A DNA stretch of 62,816 nucleotides, the filler included, from Octopus bimaculoides (lineage: Eukaryota), in NCBI RefSeq assembly GCF_001194135.2. It is 6 parts of 6 records of this genome, joined end to end, with 100 filler letters (N's around TTAATTAATTAA, not from the genome) between each part and the next. Parts side by side here need not be neighbours in the genome. Positions count along the whole stretch, not along the records: positions 43,250 to 60,202 come from NC_069000.1; positions 60,303 to 62,816 come from NC_068982.1; 4 more parts are not named here. One strand, given 5' to 3'. This document shows positions 48,258 to 62,589 of this stretch, piece after piece. Position 1 is the stretch's first letter, and every line of letters begins with the position of its first letter. Both the position numbers and the translations under genes were made by a program. The notes beneath the pieces are model-generated. The model searched no databases. It saw nothing but the letters and a program-made list of their open reading frames with translations, and was not told where the DNA came from.

Positions 48258-50839
48258 ATAGGCACATGAGCACATGATTTTAGAAGAGGCGGCAGACATG
48301 ATTATATCGATCTCCAATACTTGACTGGTCCTTCATTTTATCGATAGAATGATGAAAGTTACAGTTAAGCTCGGTGGAACTTAAGATCAGAAGTCAAAAG
48401 CCGCAGTTAACCTATTTCTGCGAGTGCTGTATTTGATCCGATGTTGTGTAACAATCTCTCTAAAAATGATACTAATATTGGTTTCCGACATATGTATGAG
48501 GTTATACATTTTGTTGGGGAGGAGAATAGCGAAATATTTCGACATGAGTTTGTTTTATTGACCCCATGACATCACCTGGAATATCTGACATCAAAACGTT
48601 GAAGAACGTTAACTAAAGCATTTTATAGATTCTGCTATCTATTGCCTTAACAGCAGTAGTAACAACAACAACAACAATAACAGAAGCAGCAGTAGCAACA
48701 GCAGTAGCAGCAGCATTATAAGTAACAACACTAACGACGACGATGACGATGACAACATTGCTCCTTCTCAGTCGCTCGATCTGCTAGACGTAACAGTCAG
48801 CTCTTTCTCTAATCAAATCTTAAAAAGGTAAGAAGAAACACAATAAATAACCTAGTTGTAGATCCCCTTGAACAGACGTGATGGTCACAGATGAAATGTC
48901 TTTGATCATAGGCATGGTTAAAACGGAGGAAAAACACAATAGGTAAGACGTGATGAGCACGGATGGAATGTCTTTGATCACAAGTATTCTCAATCAGGGT
49001 TCATCTAGGACTAAACTACAACACCAACAACACCCAATGATTTCTAATATAGACACATGGCCACAAAATTCGATGTGGCGGATCGGATAAAATTCATTAA
49101 CTCATAGTACTTTGTTTTATCAAATCTCTCCACGGAAACATGTCGTCCTCAGCAGGATTTGAACTTAGAAAGTAAAGGGATATAATAAATTACTGCAACA
49201 GATAAAAGCAAAACAAAGCAAAATAAAAAAAAAAAACTAATGATAATTAGATCTACGTGGATAATATTAAACAAAGCACAAAACAAAAAATTTGAAATTA
49301 CTGAACAGTTCAATTTCTTTCCTTCTTCCTATTCCCACTGCTTCACTAAATTTTTAAATTCATATTTGAAGAAGATTAATCACTAATGAAAAACATTCCT
49401 TGTCAGACACTACTTGCTTTAACGAAAGTAATTAAGTAATTAATCTCGTGTTTCGTTCGCCTATCACTCCATTTTTAATTAGCATTTAGATTGAAAAAGA
49501 GACACGTTATTAAAGATATGAAGAACAAGTAGAAAGGGACGAAATGATGGNNNNNNNNNNNNNNNNNNNNNNNNNNNNNNNNNNNNNNNNNNNNNNNNNN
49601 NNNNNNNNNNNNNNNNNNNNNNNNNNNNNNNNNNNNNNNNNNNNNNNNNNNNNNNNNNNNNNNNNNNNNNNNNNNNNNNNNNNNNNNNNNNNNNNNNNNN
49701 NNNNNNNNNNNNNNNNNNNNNNNNNNNNNNNNNNNNNNNNNNNNNNNNNNNNNNNNNNNNNNNNNNNNNNNNNNNNNNNNNNNNNNNNNNNNNNNNNNNN
49801 NNNNNNNNNNNNNNNNNNNNNNNNNNNNNNNNNNNNNNNNNNNNNNNNNNNNNNNNNNNNNNNNNNNNNNNNNNNNNNNNNNNNNNNNNNNNNNNNNNNN
49901 NNNNNNNNNNNNNNNNNNNNNNNNNNNNNNNNNNNNNNNNNNNNNNNNNNNNNNNNNNNNNNNNNNNNNNNNNNNNNNNNNNNNNNNNNNNNNNNNNNNN
50001 NNNNNNNNNNNNNNNNNNNNNNNNNNNNNNNNNNNNNNNNNNNNNNNNNNNNNNNNNNNNNNNNNNNNNNNNNNNNNNNNNNNNNNNNNNNNNNNNNNNN
50101 NNNNNNNNNNNNNNNNNNNNNNNNNNNNNNNNNNNNNNNNNNNNNNNNNNNNTATATATATATATATATATATATACAAGTGGCCTCAAGCGGCGAGCTA
50201 GCAAAAACTTTTGGACGCCAGACAAAATGGTTAACAGTATTTCGTCTATTTTTACGTCCAAGATGACGTAAAAATTCAAAGTATTTCACAACAGAAATAC
50301 ATATAGGAAAAATCACATCTTTAAATCTGAGAACTGTGCTAACATATACAGATATAGAAAATATCAATGAAATTAATATTTCCGAAAATACATGTAAACA
50401 CAACGTTTTCAAGGTGATCCAAAATTAGTCAAATTCAAAGTGAACAAAGGAAATATTTCCAGTACACGAACGCCTACAAAACGAACGCTAAGAAGACATA
50501 TAATCTAAGAAATTTCTGTATTCAACTAGTGATGACATCAGTGGATAACGAAAGAATAAAAAATAAACATAAGAATCCTACTTTACGACAATCAGAAACA
50601 TAGTGAAATATAATTTAAGAAAAGCTATGTTTACATTCTACTATTAATGACGTTATTGGATAACTAAAGAATAAAAAGTAAACGTAAGAATTCTACGTTA
50701 TGACAATAAGAAACATAGAGATTTTCCGTTACGACAATTTGTTATCTATTCATCAAATATAGTTTTAGAAAAATTATGCTTATTATAAAATATATGAAAA
50801 GCAGTTGTAGTTAATAATTGGAATACTTAAATGTCTTGC

Positions 50840-51065
50840 GAAATTTATGGCAACATTTCATTGTAAAACTCCCATTAAATTTAATATAATTAATTTAGAA
50901 GTAATTATATAATAGATTTCTTCAAAGCAAAGATCATGTGTAGAATGACCAATATTGTACAATGGTGCGAAACCAATAATGGACCACTTTAAATCATATC
51001 TAATATTCCTATCTTTTAAATCCCAAATGCATTCACTAAGACTTGTAGAATTACCTTTACATATA
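50840..51065 (-). mobile_element. Penelope-like element, GIY-YIG C-terminal fragment
   Basis: NSTSLSECIWDLKDRNIRYDLKWSIIGFAPLYN..LCFEEIYYII../KCCHKF. Confidence 0.75.
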
Positions 51066-51717
51066 TTACTCAAATGAATGAGAATGATTATGAAATCTAA
51101 ATTTCCAAATTGTAGCAATGTAATAATACTTACGATTCCCTGTTATTATGTCACACTGATAAACAATGTTTTTTCTTAAAGCACTACAATACCGACAGTC
51201 ATTTATGTAATCAAAAGCTAAATACTAAACGTTCTTTAGTTAAATACTAAACGTTTCTTAACGTTCTTTATGTATGCATTCGTTTATTAGAAATGTTTTC
51301 TTAGCACACTGAATTTATGCAATTTTGGATTGCCTTCATAACGTTGTGTTAACATATATTTTCGGATATATTAATTTCACTACTATTTTATACCTTTTGT
51401 GTTGGCATAACAGAAACGATCGTTAGTATTGCATGGTGTAATCACCAAGTAAAGATGTCATTTTTCTCCATTCTTATTCTTGTTATATGCTCCGAATTTC
51501 TTGAAATTCTTCTAAACGATATTTGGATTTACTTGTCATATATAAAGAATTACCTTAGATGTTTATTCTATTTGCATTTAATGATATCTGATTAAATGTT
51601 TTATGGATATCTGTATGAATTTATTAATCCCTTTTACTTATGTATACAATTTACATCCTCTTTATATCCTCTTTATATCCTCTTTAAAATTTACACTTTT
51701 CCTGCGTTGTAAATCAC

Positions 51718-52396
51718 TGCAAACTGAAAATATTTGCTGATGACACTAAGCTCCAGAAAATCATCAATGAAGAAGAAGACCGAACTCAACTCCAGTCTGA
51801 TCTATATGCTGTGAGTCAATGGGCAGACAAAAGCAAAATGCAACTAAACGAGGGGAAAATTCGAGCTGATGCATTTTGAAAGAAAGTCTATACTAAAACA
51901 GCCGTACTCTCTTCCTTCAGGGGAACCGCTCACAGCATCTAATAATATCAGAGACCTAGGAGTAATTGTTGACAACAATCTCAATTGGAGTGCCCACATC
52001 AACAATAAGGTTTATGTAGCTCGTAGGATGAGCTCCTGGATCTTAAGAACCTTCCGGTCCAGAGAACAAGGTGTCATCATTCCACTTTTCTTATCCTTTG
52101 TACGGCCACACCTCGAATACTGCTGCTCCTTGTGGTCTCCCCATACAAAACAAAACATCACCAAAATTGAATCACCCCAGAGGGTACTCACTAAATGAAT
52201 TGAAGGCATGACTGATCTCCCTTACTGAGACTGTCTTAAAGCCTTGAGACTCTACTCTCTCCAGCGCTGGAGAATATGCCGCCAGCATTGCCTAAACAAC
52301 CTGAACATTAGTTTCAAGGTTCATCCAAGGCTGGGCCCACGGGCCATACGTCCCCTGCCCAATTCAGGATCACAATATATAGGGACACTGCGACAC
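51718..52396 (+). mobile_element. CR1-clade LINE, RT 3' half (pseudogenised)
   Basis: KIFADDTKL..LQSDL..WADKSKMQLN; IRDLGVIVDNNLNWSAHI; LFLSFVRPHLEYCCSLWSPH..IESPQR; LYSLQRWR. Confidence 0.9.
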
Positions 52397-52938
52397 NNNN
52401 NNNNNNNNNNNNNNNNNNNNNNNNNNNNNNNNNNNNNNNNNNNNNNNNNNNNNNNNNNNNNNNNNNNNNNNNNNNNNNNNNNNNNNNNNNNNNNNNNNNN
52501 NNNNNNNNNNNNNNNNNNNNNNNNNNNNNNNNNNNNNNNNNNNNNNNNNNNNNNNNNNNNNNNNNNNNNNNNNNNNNNNNNNNNNNNNNNNNNNNNNNNN
52601 NNNNNNNNNNNNNNNNNNNNNNNNNNNNNNNNNNNNNNNNNNNNNNNNNNNNNNNNNNNNNNNNNNNNNNNNNNNNNNNNNNNNNNNNNNNNNNNNNNNN
52701 NNNNNNNNNNNNNNNNNNNNNNNNNNNNNNNNNNNNNNNNNNNNNNNNNNNNNNNNNNNNNNNNNNNNNNNNNNNNNNNNNNNNNNNNNNNNNNNNNNNN
52801 NNNNNNNNNNNNNNNNNNNNNNNNNNNNNNNNNNNNNNNNNNNNNNNNNNNNNNNNNNNNNNNNNNNNNNNNNNNNNNNNNNNNNNNNNNNNNNNNNNNN
52901 NNNNNNNNNNNNNNNNNNNNNNNNNNNNNNNNNNNNNN

Positions 52939-52980
<42 letters not shown>

Positions 52981-53355
52981 GAGTCATTATTATTATAGTC
53001 TTGTCTCTAATTGTTACTTTGTTCAGCTTCTAGTTAAGCCAGTTAAGAAAATACTTATTGAAAATTACATTATTGTAGCCGCCCTATTGTTTTAGATATT
53101 AACGCGTCTATAATATTCCTTCCTAAACTTTTCATTCATTAATTCTTTAGTCGTTGTAAGTCTATGTTTGGTTTAATTCTGTTTTAGTTTAATCCTTTGT
53201 CTACACAAATATTTGTTTAATTTTTCTGTCTAGAAGGTTAACAAATGCTGTGTGAAAGAACCTCTAACGATATTTAAAACACGTATTGCAATTTTCTTAA
53301 CCATGCTTCTGTCTGTCTTTGTAGATAATATGTCATTGTATTTACAGGAGTTGTG

Positions 53356-53425
53356 TATCATTCCGCGTGTAACATTCCGCGTTTATCATTCCGCATGTAT
53401 TATTGTGCGTGCATCATTCCGCATA
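53356..53425. repeat. 14-bp-period minisatellite, five units
   Basis: CATTCCGC at 53359, 53373, 53387 and 53415. Confidence 0.75.
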
Positions 53426-53632
53426 TATTAATTGTAATGTGTTAATTGATACGTTCCTTAACTGCCTCACTGTTTTAACTCAATGCTTGGCCCGCATAAT
53501 TTCATACTTTTTTCAGCTCAATTATATACAACATTATAGATCAGATTTTCTCTGTCTCTTTTTACCTATGGATCCCTTGGATCCTTATTTTACTCGGATG
53601 GAACATTGTACTCATTCGATGTTTTTTAATAT

Positions 53633-53665
<33 letters not shown>

Positions 53666-54014
53666 NNNNNNNNNNNNNNNNNNNNNNNNNNNNNNNNNNN
53701 NNNNNNNNNNNNNNNNNNNNNNNNNNNNNNNNNNNNNNNNNNNNNNNNNNNNNNNNNNNNNNNNNNNNNNNNNNNNNNNNNNNNNNNNNNNNNNNNNNNN
53801 NNNNNNNNNNNNNNNNNNNNNNNNNNNNNNNNNNNNNNNNNNNNNNNNNNNNNNNNNNNNNNNNNNNNNNNNNNNNNNNNNNNNNNNNNNNNNNNNNNNN
53901 NNNNNNNNNNNNNNNNNNNNNNNNNNNNNNNNNNNNNNNNNNNNNNNNNNNNNNNNNNNNNNNNNNNNNNNNNNNNNNNNNNNNNNNNNNNNNNNNNNNN
54001 NNNNNNNNNNNNNN

Positions 54015-54045
<31 letters not shown>

Positions 54046-55388
54046 CATCATATTTTTATAATTAAATATTATCAGATGTGCAAAAAATTGTTAAAATATT
54101 TTTTGTGTTGTAGAAGTATAACCAATTTAGTGCAGATAAATTTCAACAGCTAAATCTTTTTTGAACCCCGATTGGAGAATCACTGATGTAGACAGTTGAT
54201 ACTGCTTTATCCCCTTTTAATACCCTATTATCATTTTAGTCGTGGAGCATGATGCTAGGTTAACTATATGATATCTGCTGGCTTGTCTTTAGGTTTTATC
54301 TTTCATAGTTTACTTGTTTCAGCCATTGCACTGCGGCAATGCTGAGGCACTGGCTTTAAGCGTTTAGTAGAACACATCGTCCCCAGTACATATTATACTT
54401 CCATATTATTTTCTAAGGTGAACTTTCTTATGAGAGCGAGGCAGCTTTATTTCGCGGCGGTTAAAATTTTATCTCTCAACGTATGTAGAGCCGATTGGCT
54501 TACGTTGCTATTTCCTGTAAGTGTATTCTGTCAGATCTTGAATGTGACATCCAAATACAAAGTGAAGTCTCAGGAAAAAGAGAAAATAAAAAGAAGACAC
54601 ATCTCATATCAATCATATCACACGCAGATACACAAAGTTATTTCACTCTCACACAAATGGGTGACCTCACACACGCTCACACACACAGTGAACTGAACCC
54701 AGTGACGCATTGTCCGTCCTCTGACATGTAAAGACAAACGTCCAAAAAGGGACAGTCACCACACATACACACACACACATACATACGCGTGCGCACGTGT
54801 GCACAACCAACCTCTACCGCTGCACAAACATATTAACAAAGCGTTAATGACCGAGTAGGTTGTATATGTCTTAAACACATCTAAAGAAGCAGAGAAACAC
54901 TCATAGTCACACACACAGTAACATACGAACAAATGAAATATGTATTTGTGCATACATGTATATACAGACACATACACAAATATGAATATATATTTATATA
55001 TACATATACATATATATATATNNNNNNNNNNNNNNNNNNNNNNNNNNNNNNNNNNNNNNNNNNNNNNNNNNNNNNNNNNNNNNNNNNNNNNNNNNNNNNN
55101 NNNNNNNNNNNNNNNNNNNNNNNNNNNNNNNNNNNNNNNNNNNNNNNNNNNNNNNNNNNNNNNNNNNNNNNNNNNNNNNNNNNNNNNNNNNNNNNNNNNN
55201 NNNNNNNNNNNNNNNNNNNNNNNNNNNNNNNNNNNNNNNNNNNNNNNNNNNNNNNATGCACATACACACATACATATTTATACACCCACACACGCACACA
55301 TCCATACACTACACGCATACAAAGTAATGAACGCACTGACAAAATGATGAAAGCACACCCCACCAAATGCTTAAACACGCGAACACGA

Positions 55389-55423
<35 letters not shown>

Positions 55424-55860
55424 ACGGCCAGACACATTCGCTCCTCACGTCACTTGCCACATTGTCATCATCATCATCATCACCACCATCATCATCATCA
55501 TCATCATCATCATTGTCTGGCAGGCGCCGTGACAGTGGTGTGGCCATGATTAGAGTCTCTTTTGGCGGGAAACTCCAGTAAAGGCCAACTAGCGCAGCCT
55601 TTTACCGTAATGGAATCAAAATTACCTACCAATTATCTACTAATTACATCATAATTAAGCTATTACTTCTCATACCGACATCTTTCGGCTTCACTTTGGC
55701 GAAATTCTTTTTCTTTTTCTTTTGTCATTTATTTATTTATTTTCTGCCTTTCCTCCTATCTCTCTTTCACTCATTCTTCTTCCTCCATCATCATCGTCAT
55801 CATCATCGTCATCGTCATCATCATCATCATCATCATCAGCATCATCATCATCATCATCAG

Positions 55861-55892
<32 letters not shown>

Positions 55893-56359
55893 CCATCATC
55901 ATCGTCGTCATCACCATCATCACCATTGCCGTCATCGTGATCCTCATCCTCCTTCTCCTCCTCCTCTTCATCAATCATCATCATACCACCACCACCACCA
56001 CCACCACCACCATCGTCAGCGCCATTATCACCGTCGTCGTCGTCATCGTCATCATCATCATCATCATCATTATCATCATCATCGTCGTCTTTTCAGACGC
56101 CCTCTTCTGACATTCATCTTTTCCCTTGTAATTCAATGTTAATAATATAGCAATTTGTCTGCTGTTTTTTTTTTTCAGACACGTTTATTCTATACGTGTA
56201 TGTATGTGTGCGCGTGTGTGCATGCTTGTATGTGTACGCATATGTGCGTACGTACATACATACATACATACATACATACATACATGCATACGTACACACA
56301 CACACACATATGCACAAATATATGTTGTTGATGAAGGCGATGATGGTGATTGCTATACC

Positions 56360-56390
<31 letters not shown>

Positions 56391-57288
56391 CTTCTTCTTC
56401 TTCTTCTTCTTCTTCTTCTTCTTCTTCTTCTTCTTCTTCTTCTTCTTCTTCTTCTTCTTCTNNNNNNNNNNNNNNNNNNNNNNNNNNNNNNNNNNNNNNN
56501 NNNNNNNNNNNNNNNNNNNNNNNNNNNNNNNNNNNNNNNNNNNNNNNNNNNNNNNNNNNNNNNNNNNNNNNNNNNNNNNNNNNNNNNNNNNNNNNNNNNN
56601 NNNNNNNNNNNNNNNNNNNNNNNNNNNNNNNNNNNNNNNNNNNNNNNNNNNNNNNNNNNNNNNNNNNNNNNNNNNNNNNNNNNNNNNNNNNNNNNNNNNN
56701 NNNNNNNNNNNNNNNNNNNNNNNNNNNNNNNNNNNNNNNNNNNNNNNNNNNNNNNNNNNNNNNNNNNNNNNNNNNNNNNNNNNNNNNNNNNNNNNNNNNN
56801 NNNNNNNNNNNNNNNNNNNNNNNNNNNNNNNNNNNNNNNNNNNNNNNNNNNNNNNNNNNNNNNNNNNNNNNNNNNNNNNNNNNNNNNNNNNNNNNNNNNN
56901 NNNNNNNNNNNNNNNNNNNNNNNNNNNNNNNNNNNNNNNNNNNNNNNNNNNNNNNNNNNNNNNNNNNNNNNNNNNNNNNNNNNNNNNNNNNNNNNNNNNN
57001 NNNNNNNNNNNNNNNNNNNNNNNNNNNNNNNNNNNNNNNNNNNNNNNNNNNNNNNNNNNNNNNNNNNNNNNNNNNNNNNNNNNNNNNNNNNNNNNNNNNN
57101 NNNNNNNNNNNNNNNNNNNNNNNNNNNNNNNNNNNNNNNNNNNNNNNNNNNNNNNNNNNNNNNNNNNNNNNNNNNNNNNNNNNNNNNNNNNNNNNNNNNN
57201 NNNNNNNNNNNNNNNNNNNNNNNNNNNNNNNNNNNNNNNNNNNNNNNNNNNNNNNNNNNNNNNNNNNNNNNNNNNNNNNNNNNNNNNN

Positions 57289-57323
<35 letters not shown>

Positions 57324-57493
57324 CATACATACATACATATACATACATATATATGTATATATATTACAGATAAGCATAAGACATAGAGAAACAGTCAGAA
57401 AGTAGACGGATAGATTGAAATATATTGGTTTAAATATGTAGACATAAAAGTAGCTGCAAGTACAAATATACACAAGAACGCGCAGAAACATGC

Positions 57494-57526
<33 letters not shown>

Positions 57527-57678
57527 CATATGTATATATATATACATACATACATACATACATACGTACATGCAAATATATATACATATATACTGAGTAG
57601 GGAGAGTGCGAGTGAGAGGTGAGCGAAAAACAGATAATGAGAGAAGTGTATGCACATATATATGGTCATAAGTGTATA

Positions 57679-57713
<35 letters not shown>

Positions 57714-57864
57714 TATTTTAGAGGAAATTGATAAACAAAGCAGAAAAACTCCAGTGTCGAAACGGAAGAGGAGAAAGACAACGAGGAGATAGAGAAGATG
57801 AGTAGGAGGAGAAAGAAGAAGACGTATAATTGTATTATGATGATGATGATGATGATGATAGTGG

Positions 57865-57907
<43 letters not shown>

Positions 57908-59682
57908 AGTAACAATAAGAACAACAACAACANNNNNNNNNNNNNNNNNNNNNNNNNNNNNNNNNNNNNNNNNNNNNNNNNNNNNNNNNNNNNNNNNNNN
58001 NNNNNNNNNNNNNNNNNNNNNNNNNNNNNNNNNNNNNNNNNNNNNNNNNNNNCACCAGCAGCCATAACATTAACAAAAAGAAAAACGGCGAGAAGAAACA
58101 GAACAACAACAACAACGGTGATAGTGTCACGCACACAAGCATACACACACACACACACACACACAACAACAACAACAACAGCAACCACAACACCAGCAAC
58201 AACTGCAGCAGCAGCAGCAGCAGCAGCAGCAAACACAGATCACCAACAAAAACAGCAACAATAACGCAAGTAGAAGGTGAAGTACAGCATAAGACGAAGC
58301 AGATAGAATAGCTTCCCAAAGGATAAACTATTTAATGTAGCAAATAGATGTAAATTGCTTTAATGTTAGATAATCTGAGACTGGTTTTTCTTGTGTGGAA
58401 ATCCCGTGGATGCGGCATTTTAAAGCAATCATCCCACTAAGTTGCAACATTGATGAAAGAAATATAGGTTTGTAGAAAAACACAGATGCAACGGTTTGGT
58501 CGCGGTTGGGGGTGGGGTGGGACGGGACGATGTTGATTATGGAGATGCGAGAGAAGTGAGAAAGAGGGGCGGAGAAAGAAAGAGGGAGATGNNNNNNNNN
58601 NNNNNNNNNNNNNNNNNNNNNNNNNNNNNNNNNNNNNNNNNNNNNNNNNNNNNNNNNNNNNNNNNNNNNNNNNNNNNNNNNNNNNNNNNNNNNNNNNNNN
58701 NNNNNNNNNNNNNNNNNNNNNNNNNNNNNNNNNNNNNNNNNNNNNNNNNNNNNNNNNNNNNNNNNNNNNNNNNNNNNNNNNNNNNNNNNNNNNNNNNNNN
58801 NNNNNNNNNNNNNNNNNNNNNNNNNNNNNNNNNNNNNNNNNNNNNNNNNNNNNNNNNNNNNNNNNNNNNNNNNNNNNNNNNNNNNNNNNNNNNNNNNNNN
58901 NNNNNNNNNNNNNNNNNNNNNNNNNNNNNNNNNNNNNNNNNNNNNNNNNNNNNNNNNNNNNNNNNNNNNNNNNNNNNNNNNNNNNNNNNNNNNNNNNNNN
59001 NNNNNNNNNNNNNNNNNNNNNNNNNNNNNNNNNNNNNNNNNNNNNNNNNNNNNNNNNNNNNNNNNNNNNNNNNNNNNNNNNNNNNNNNNNNNNNNNNNNN
59101 NNNNNNNNNNNNNNNNNNNNNNNNNNNNNNNNNNNNNNNNNNNNNNNNNNNNNNNNNNNNNNNNNNNNNNNNNNNNNNNNNNNNNNNNNNNNNNNNNNNN
59201 NNNNNNNNNNNNNNNNNNNNNNNNNNNNNNNNNNNNNNNNNNNNNNNNNNNNNNNNNNNNNNNNNNNNNNNNNNNNNNNNNNNNNNNNNNNNNNNNNNNN
59301 NNNNNNNNNNNNNNNNNNNNNNNNNNNNNNNNNNNNNNNNNNNNNNNNNNNNNNNNNNNNNNNNNNNNNNNNNNNNNNNNNNNNNNNNNNNNNNNNNNNN
59401 NNNNNNNNNNNNNNNNNNNNNNNNNNNNNNNNNNNNNNNNNNNNNNNNNNNNNNNNNNNNNNNNNNNNNNNNNNNNNNNNNNNNNNNNNNNNNNNNNNNN
59501 NNNNNNNNNNNNNNNNNNNNNNNNNNNNNNNNNNNNNNNNNNNNNNNNNNNNNNNATATATATACATGCATACGTACAAACAGTCACATGCATATTATCT
59601 CAGCGCTTGTCTTCGTACATCAGAAGAAGAAAAAAATTGTATTTCACAAGAAATACAAATGAGTGAAATAACATAAGATAAG

Positions 59683-59758
<76 letters not shown>

Positions 59759-60202
59759 GTCAGTAGTTAGTGTAAGGGAGTTGACTATAAAGGATGATTG
59801 AAAATTTGGAATAGAAATGGATGAATGACACACGTAGTACACATATGTGTGTACGATATATATTTATACATACATATACATACACACACATACATACACA
59901 CAGACATATATTTGTATATGCATCATGTGTAAGCGTATGTACGTATGTATGTAGGTTTGTATGTATGTATGTATGTGTGTATGTATGTATGTATGTATGT
60001 GGGTGTGTATGTATGTATGTATGTATGTGTGTATGTATGTATGTATGTATAGTCTCTATAAAATCTTTTTTCAATCACCAACGCCAACACCATCTCGCCT
60101 TAAAAATCTCCCTTGCACAAATCTGTCCTCCATCTTCTCCCTAAACATCTCCCTCAACCTAACACAGACTGTCCCCCACCTCACCCAAAGCCCCCCTCCC
60201 AC

Positions 60203-60302
60203 NNNNNNNNNNNNNNNNNNNNNNNNNNNNNNNNNNNNNNNNNNNNTTAATTAATTAANNNNNNNNNNNNNNNNNNNNNNNNNNNNNNNNNNNNNNNNNN
60301 NN
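60203..60302. other. Artificial scaffold linker N44-TTAATTAATTAA-N44
   Basis: Linker 12-mer at 60247-60258. Confidence 0.95.
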
Positions 60303-60645
60303 CGTGGCATCTTGGGAGAGTGTCTTCTACTATAGCCTCGGGCCGACCAAAGCCTTGTGAGTGGATTTGGTAGACGGAAACTGAAAGAAGCCCATCGTAT
60401 ATATGTATATATGTGTGTATGTGTGTATGTGTTTGTATGTCTGTGTTTGTCCCCCCCCCCAACATCGCTTGACAACCGATGCTGGTGTGTTTATGTCCCC
60501 GTAACTTAGCGGTTCGGCAAAAGAGACCGATAGAATAAGTACTAGGCTTCCAAAGAATAAGTCCTGGGGTCGATTTGCTCGACTAAAGGCGGTGCTCCAG
60601 CATGGCCACAGTCAAAAGACTGAAACAAGTAAAAGAGTAAAAGAG
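60303..60645 (+). mobile_element. SINE family A, well-preserved copy (head lost in the linker)
   Basis: Complete body plus tail aagtaaaagagtaaaagag. Confidence 0.9.
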
Positions 60646-60679
60646 ATAGATATATATGTATGTATGTATGTATTTAGCA

Positions 60680-60862
60680 AGTATTGCTTCACCACACACC
60701 GAAAATTAGAAATAGCAGCCAAAGTCTACTATTTCTCTACTAAAATACGACTGAACCCTAAATTTTAAATTGTGTTTATGCATTTACCGATAATGGTTTT
60801 TAACACACCGAACTACTTGGTAAAATTACTAATTATCAATTAATTATTAATTTTTACCCTAT
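60680..60862 (+). mobile_element. AT-rich long-TIR element, internal part plus right end
   Basis: gaaaattagaaatagcagccaaag is shared with ~62756; 60785-60840 is the reverse complement of ~62646-62700. Confidence 0.55.
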
Positions 60863-62589
60863 GTCTGTATGAGTGTATGTATGTATGTATGTATGTACGT
60901 ACGTATGTATATTATGCTATGTACTCTTGTAACCATAGATACCGTCCAACTTTAAAGTATTTTCATCAATTTGGATAGATTGATCATTAAACATTATAAT
61001 TAGCTACATTCCACATAGTATTTATATTCGCTCCCCGCCTCACCTTCCTCTTAGTGAATAATTGCTTGCCTATACTCTAACATATTTTCTAAATTTACTT
61101 CCCATAATTCGTGCTATAATATTTCCTCTTCCTGCTAACACGTATAGCTCTTTATAACCCACCCCCCTTTACTCATTATGGCAGTATATGAAATGTGAAT
61201 TCTTAACTAATACATTCTCCTTGATGAAGGAGGCAGAGTCTAAAATTTGGATAGAAATATCCTTTATTGATATGGGTTAGTATTCCCTTGAAACGGTCGT
61301 TGGAGTGTCACCATTTAGTTCTTGAAAATAGAATACCACCATTTAATCACTGGAAACTTTATCTTCCACCTAAATACTTAAACATTTCTTTATTTACCTT
61401 TTCACGAGGATTTAGACATTTATTTTTTAATTTTCTTTTTTAAAAATAGTTTTTATATAACTTTTTAACAGCGTTCTTAGCCTCTAAGTAGGACGATGTC
61501 TTCAATATATNNNNNNNNNNNNNNNNNNNNNNNNNNNNNNNNNNNNNNNNNNNNNNNNNNNNNNNNNNNNNNNNNNNNNNNNNNNNNNNNNNNNNNNNNN
61601 NNNNNNNNNNNNNNNNNNNNNNNNNNNNNNNNNNNNNNNNNNNNNNNNNNNNNNNNNNNNNNNNNNNNNNNNNNNNNNNNNNNNNNNNNNNNNNNNNNNN
61701 NNNNNNNNNNNNNNNNNNNNNNNNNNNNNNNNNNNNNNNNNNNNNNNNNNNNNNNNNNNNNNNNNNNNNNNNNNNNNNNNNNNNNNNNNNNNNNNNNNNN
61801 NNNNNNNNNNNNNNNNNNNNNNNNNNNNNNNNNNNNAGAGAGAGAGAGAGAGAGAGATTGATATAATTTATTTTAACACACGTCATAAGTCTTTTCTACT
61901 TCAGTTTGTTTCCATTACTTAATAAGTTAATCTAATGTCTACGTATGAGAGAGAGAAAGAGAGAAATATCTATGAGAAGCTGGCGCTTTACCATTATACT
62001 TCCTTGTTCGATTTTTCAGTACATGAGATATTAATGAAAATTACTAATAAATATACACATATATTTATATAAATATGAATTTTTCGTTCATTTTTCTTAA
62101 GCCAACTGAAAAGTTTGTGGTCAGTGTAGCTGATAAGAAATATCTTACAAAGTCACGCTATGATAGTCTGTTACGTAACAGTAGGAAGATGAAACAGGAA
62201 AAGTTTAAGAAAAGGGAAAGACAAAGAAAGACAAATAAAAGGAAATAGCTTTTCACTAACCTATTATACTGTCAGCGGACGTTAAAATTAACTCAAGAAA
62301 AATCTGAGAACATTTTACATTTATCTAAATATGTATGGACGTTTATTGAAATCTATAATATTACGTATTATGCGACGACTCGATAACAGAACCTGCGGAA
62401 CAATAATAGCGAATCTTAAGCTTCTAATATAAATTATAGAACTACTTTGTATACTGAGCTTCTGGTTATCTAATACTGTGTACATCTACGTGCATTTGTA
62501 ATTGTCTTTTCTTCAACGTATATGTGTGTGCGTGCAAGTAGTTGTATATATCTTGTGTGTTTGTGTGTATGTAAAAACATATATATATA

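Noticed and set aside
54040-54196. Possible hAT right end (ggagaatcactg-atgtagac)
   Set aside because: No matching left end identified; too degenerate.
55520-55700. Cluster of TAAT/ATTA motifs as a Hox-type enhancer
   Set aside because: Four-base cores are expected by chance in AT-rich DNA; needs conservation data.
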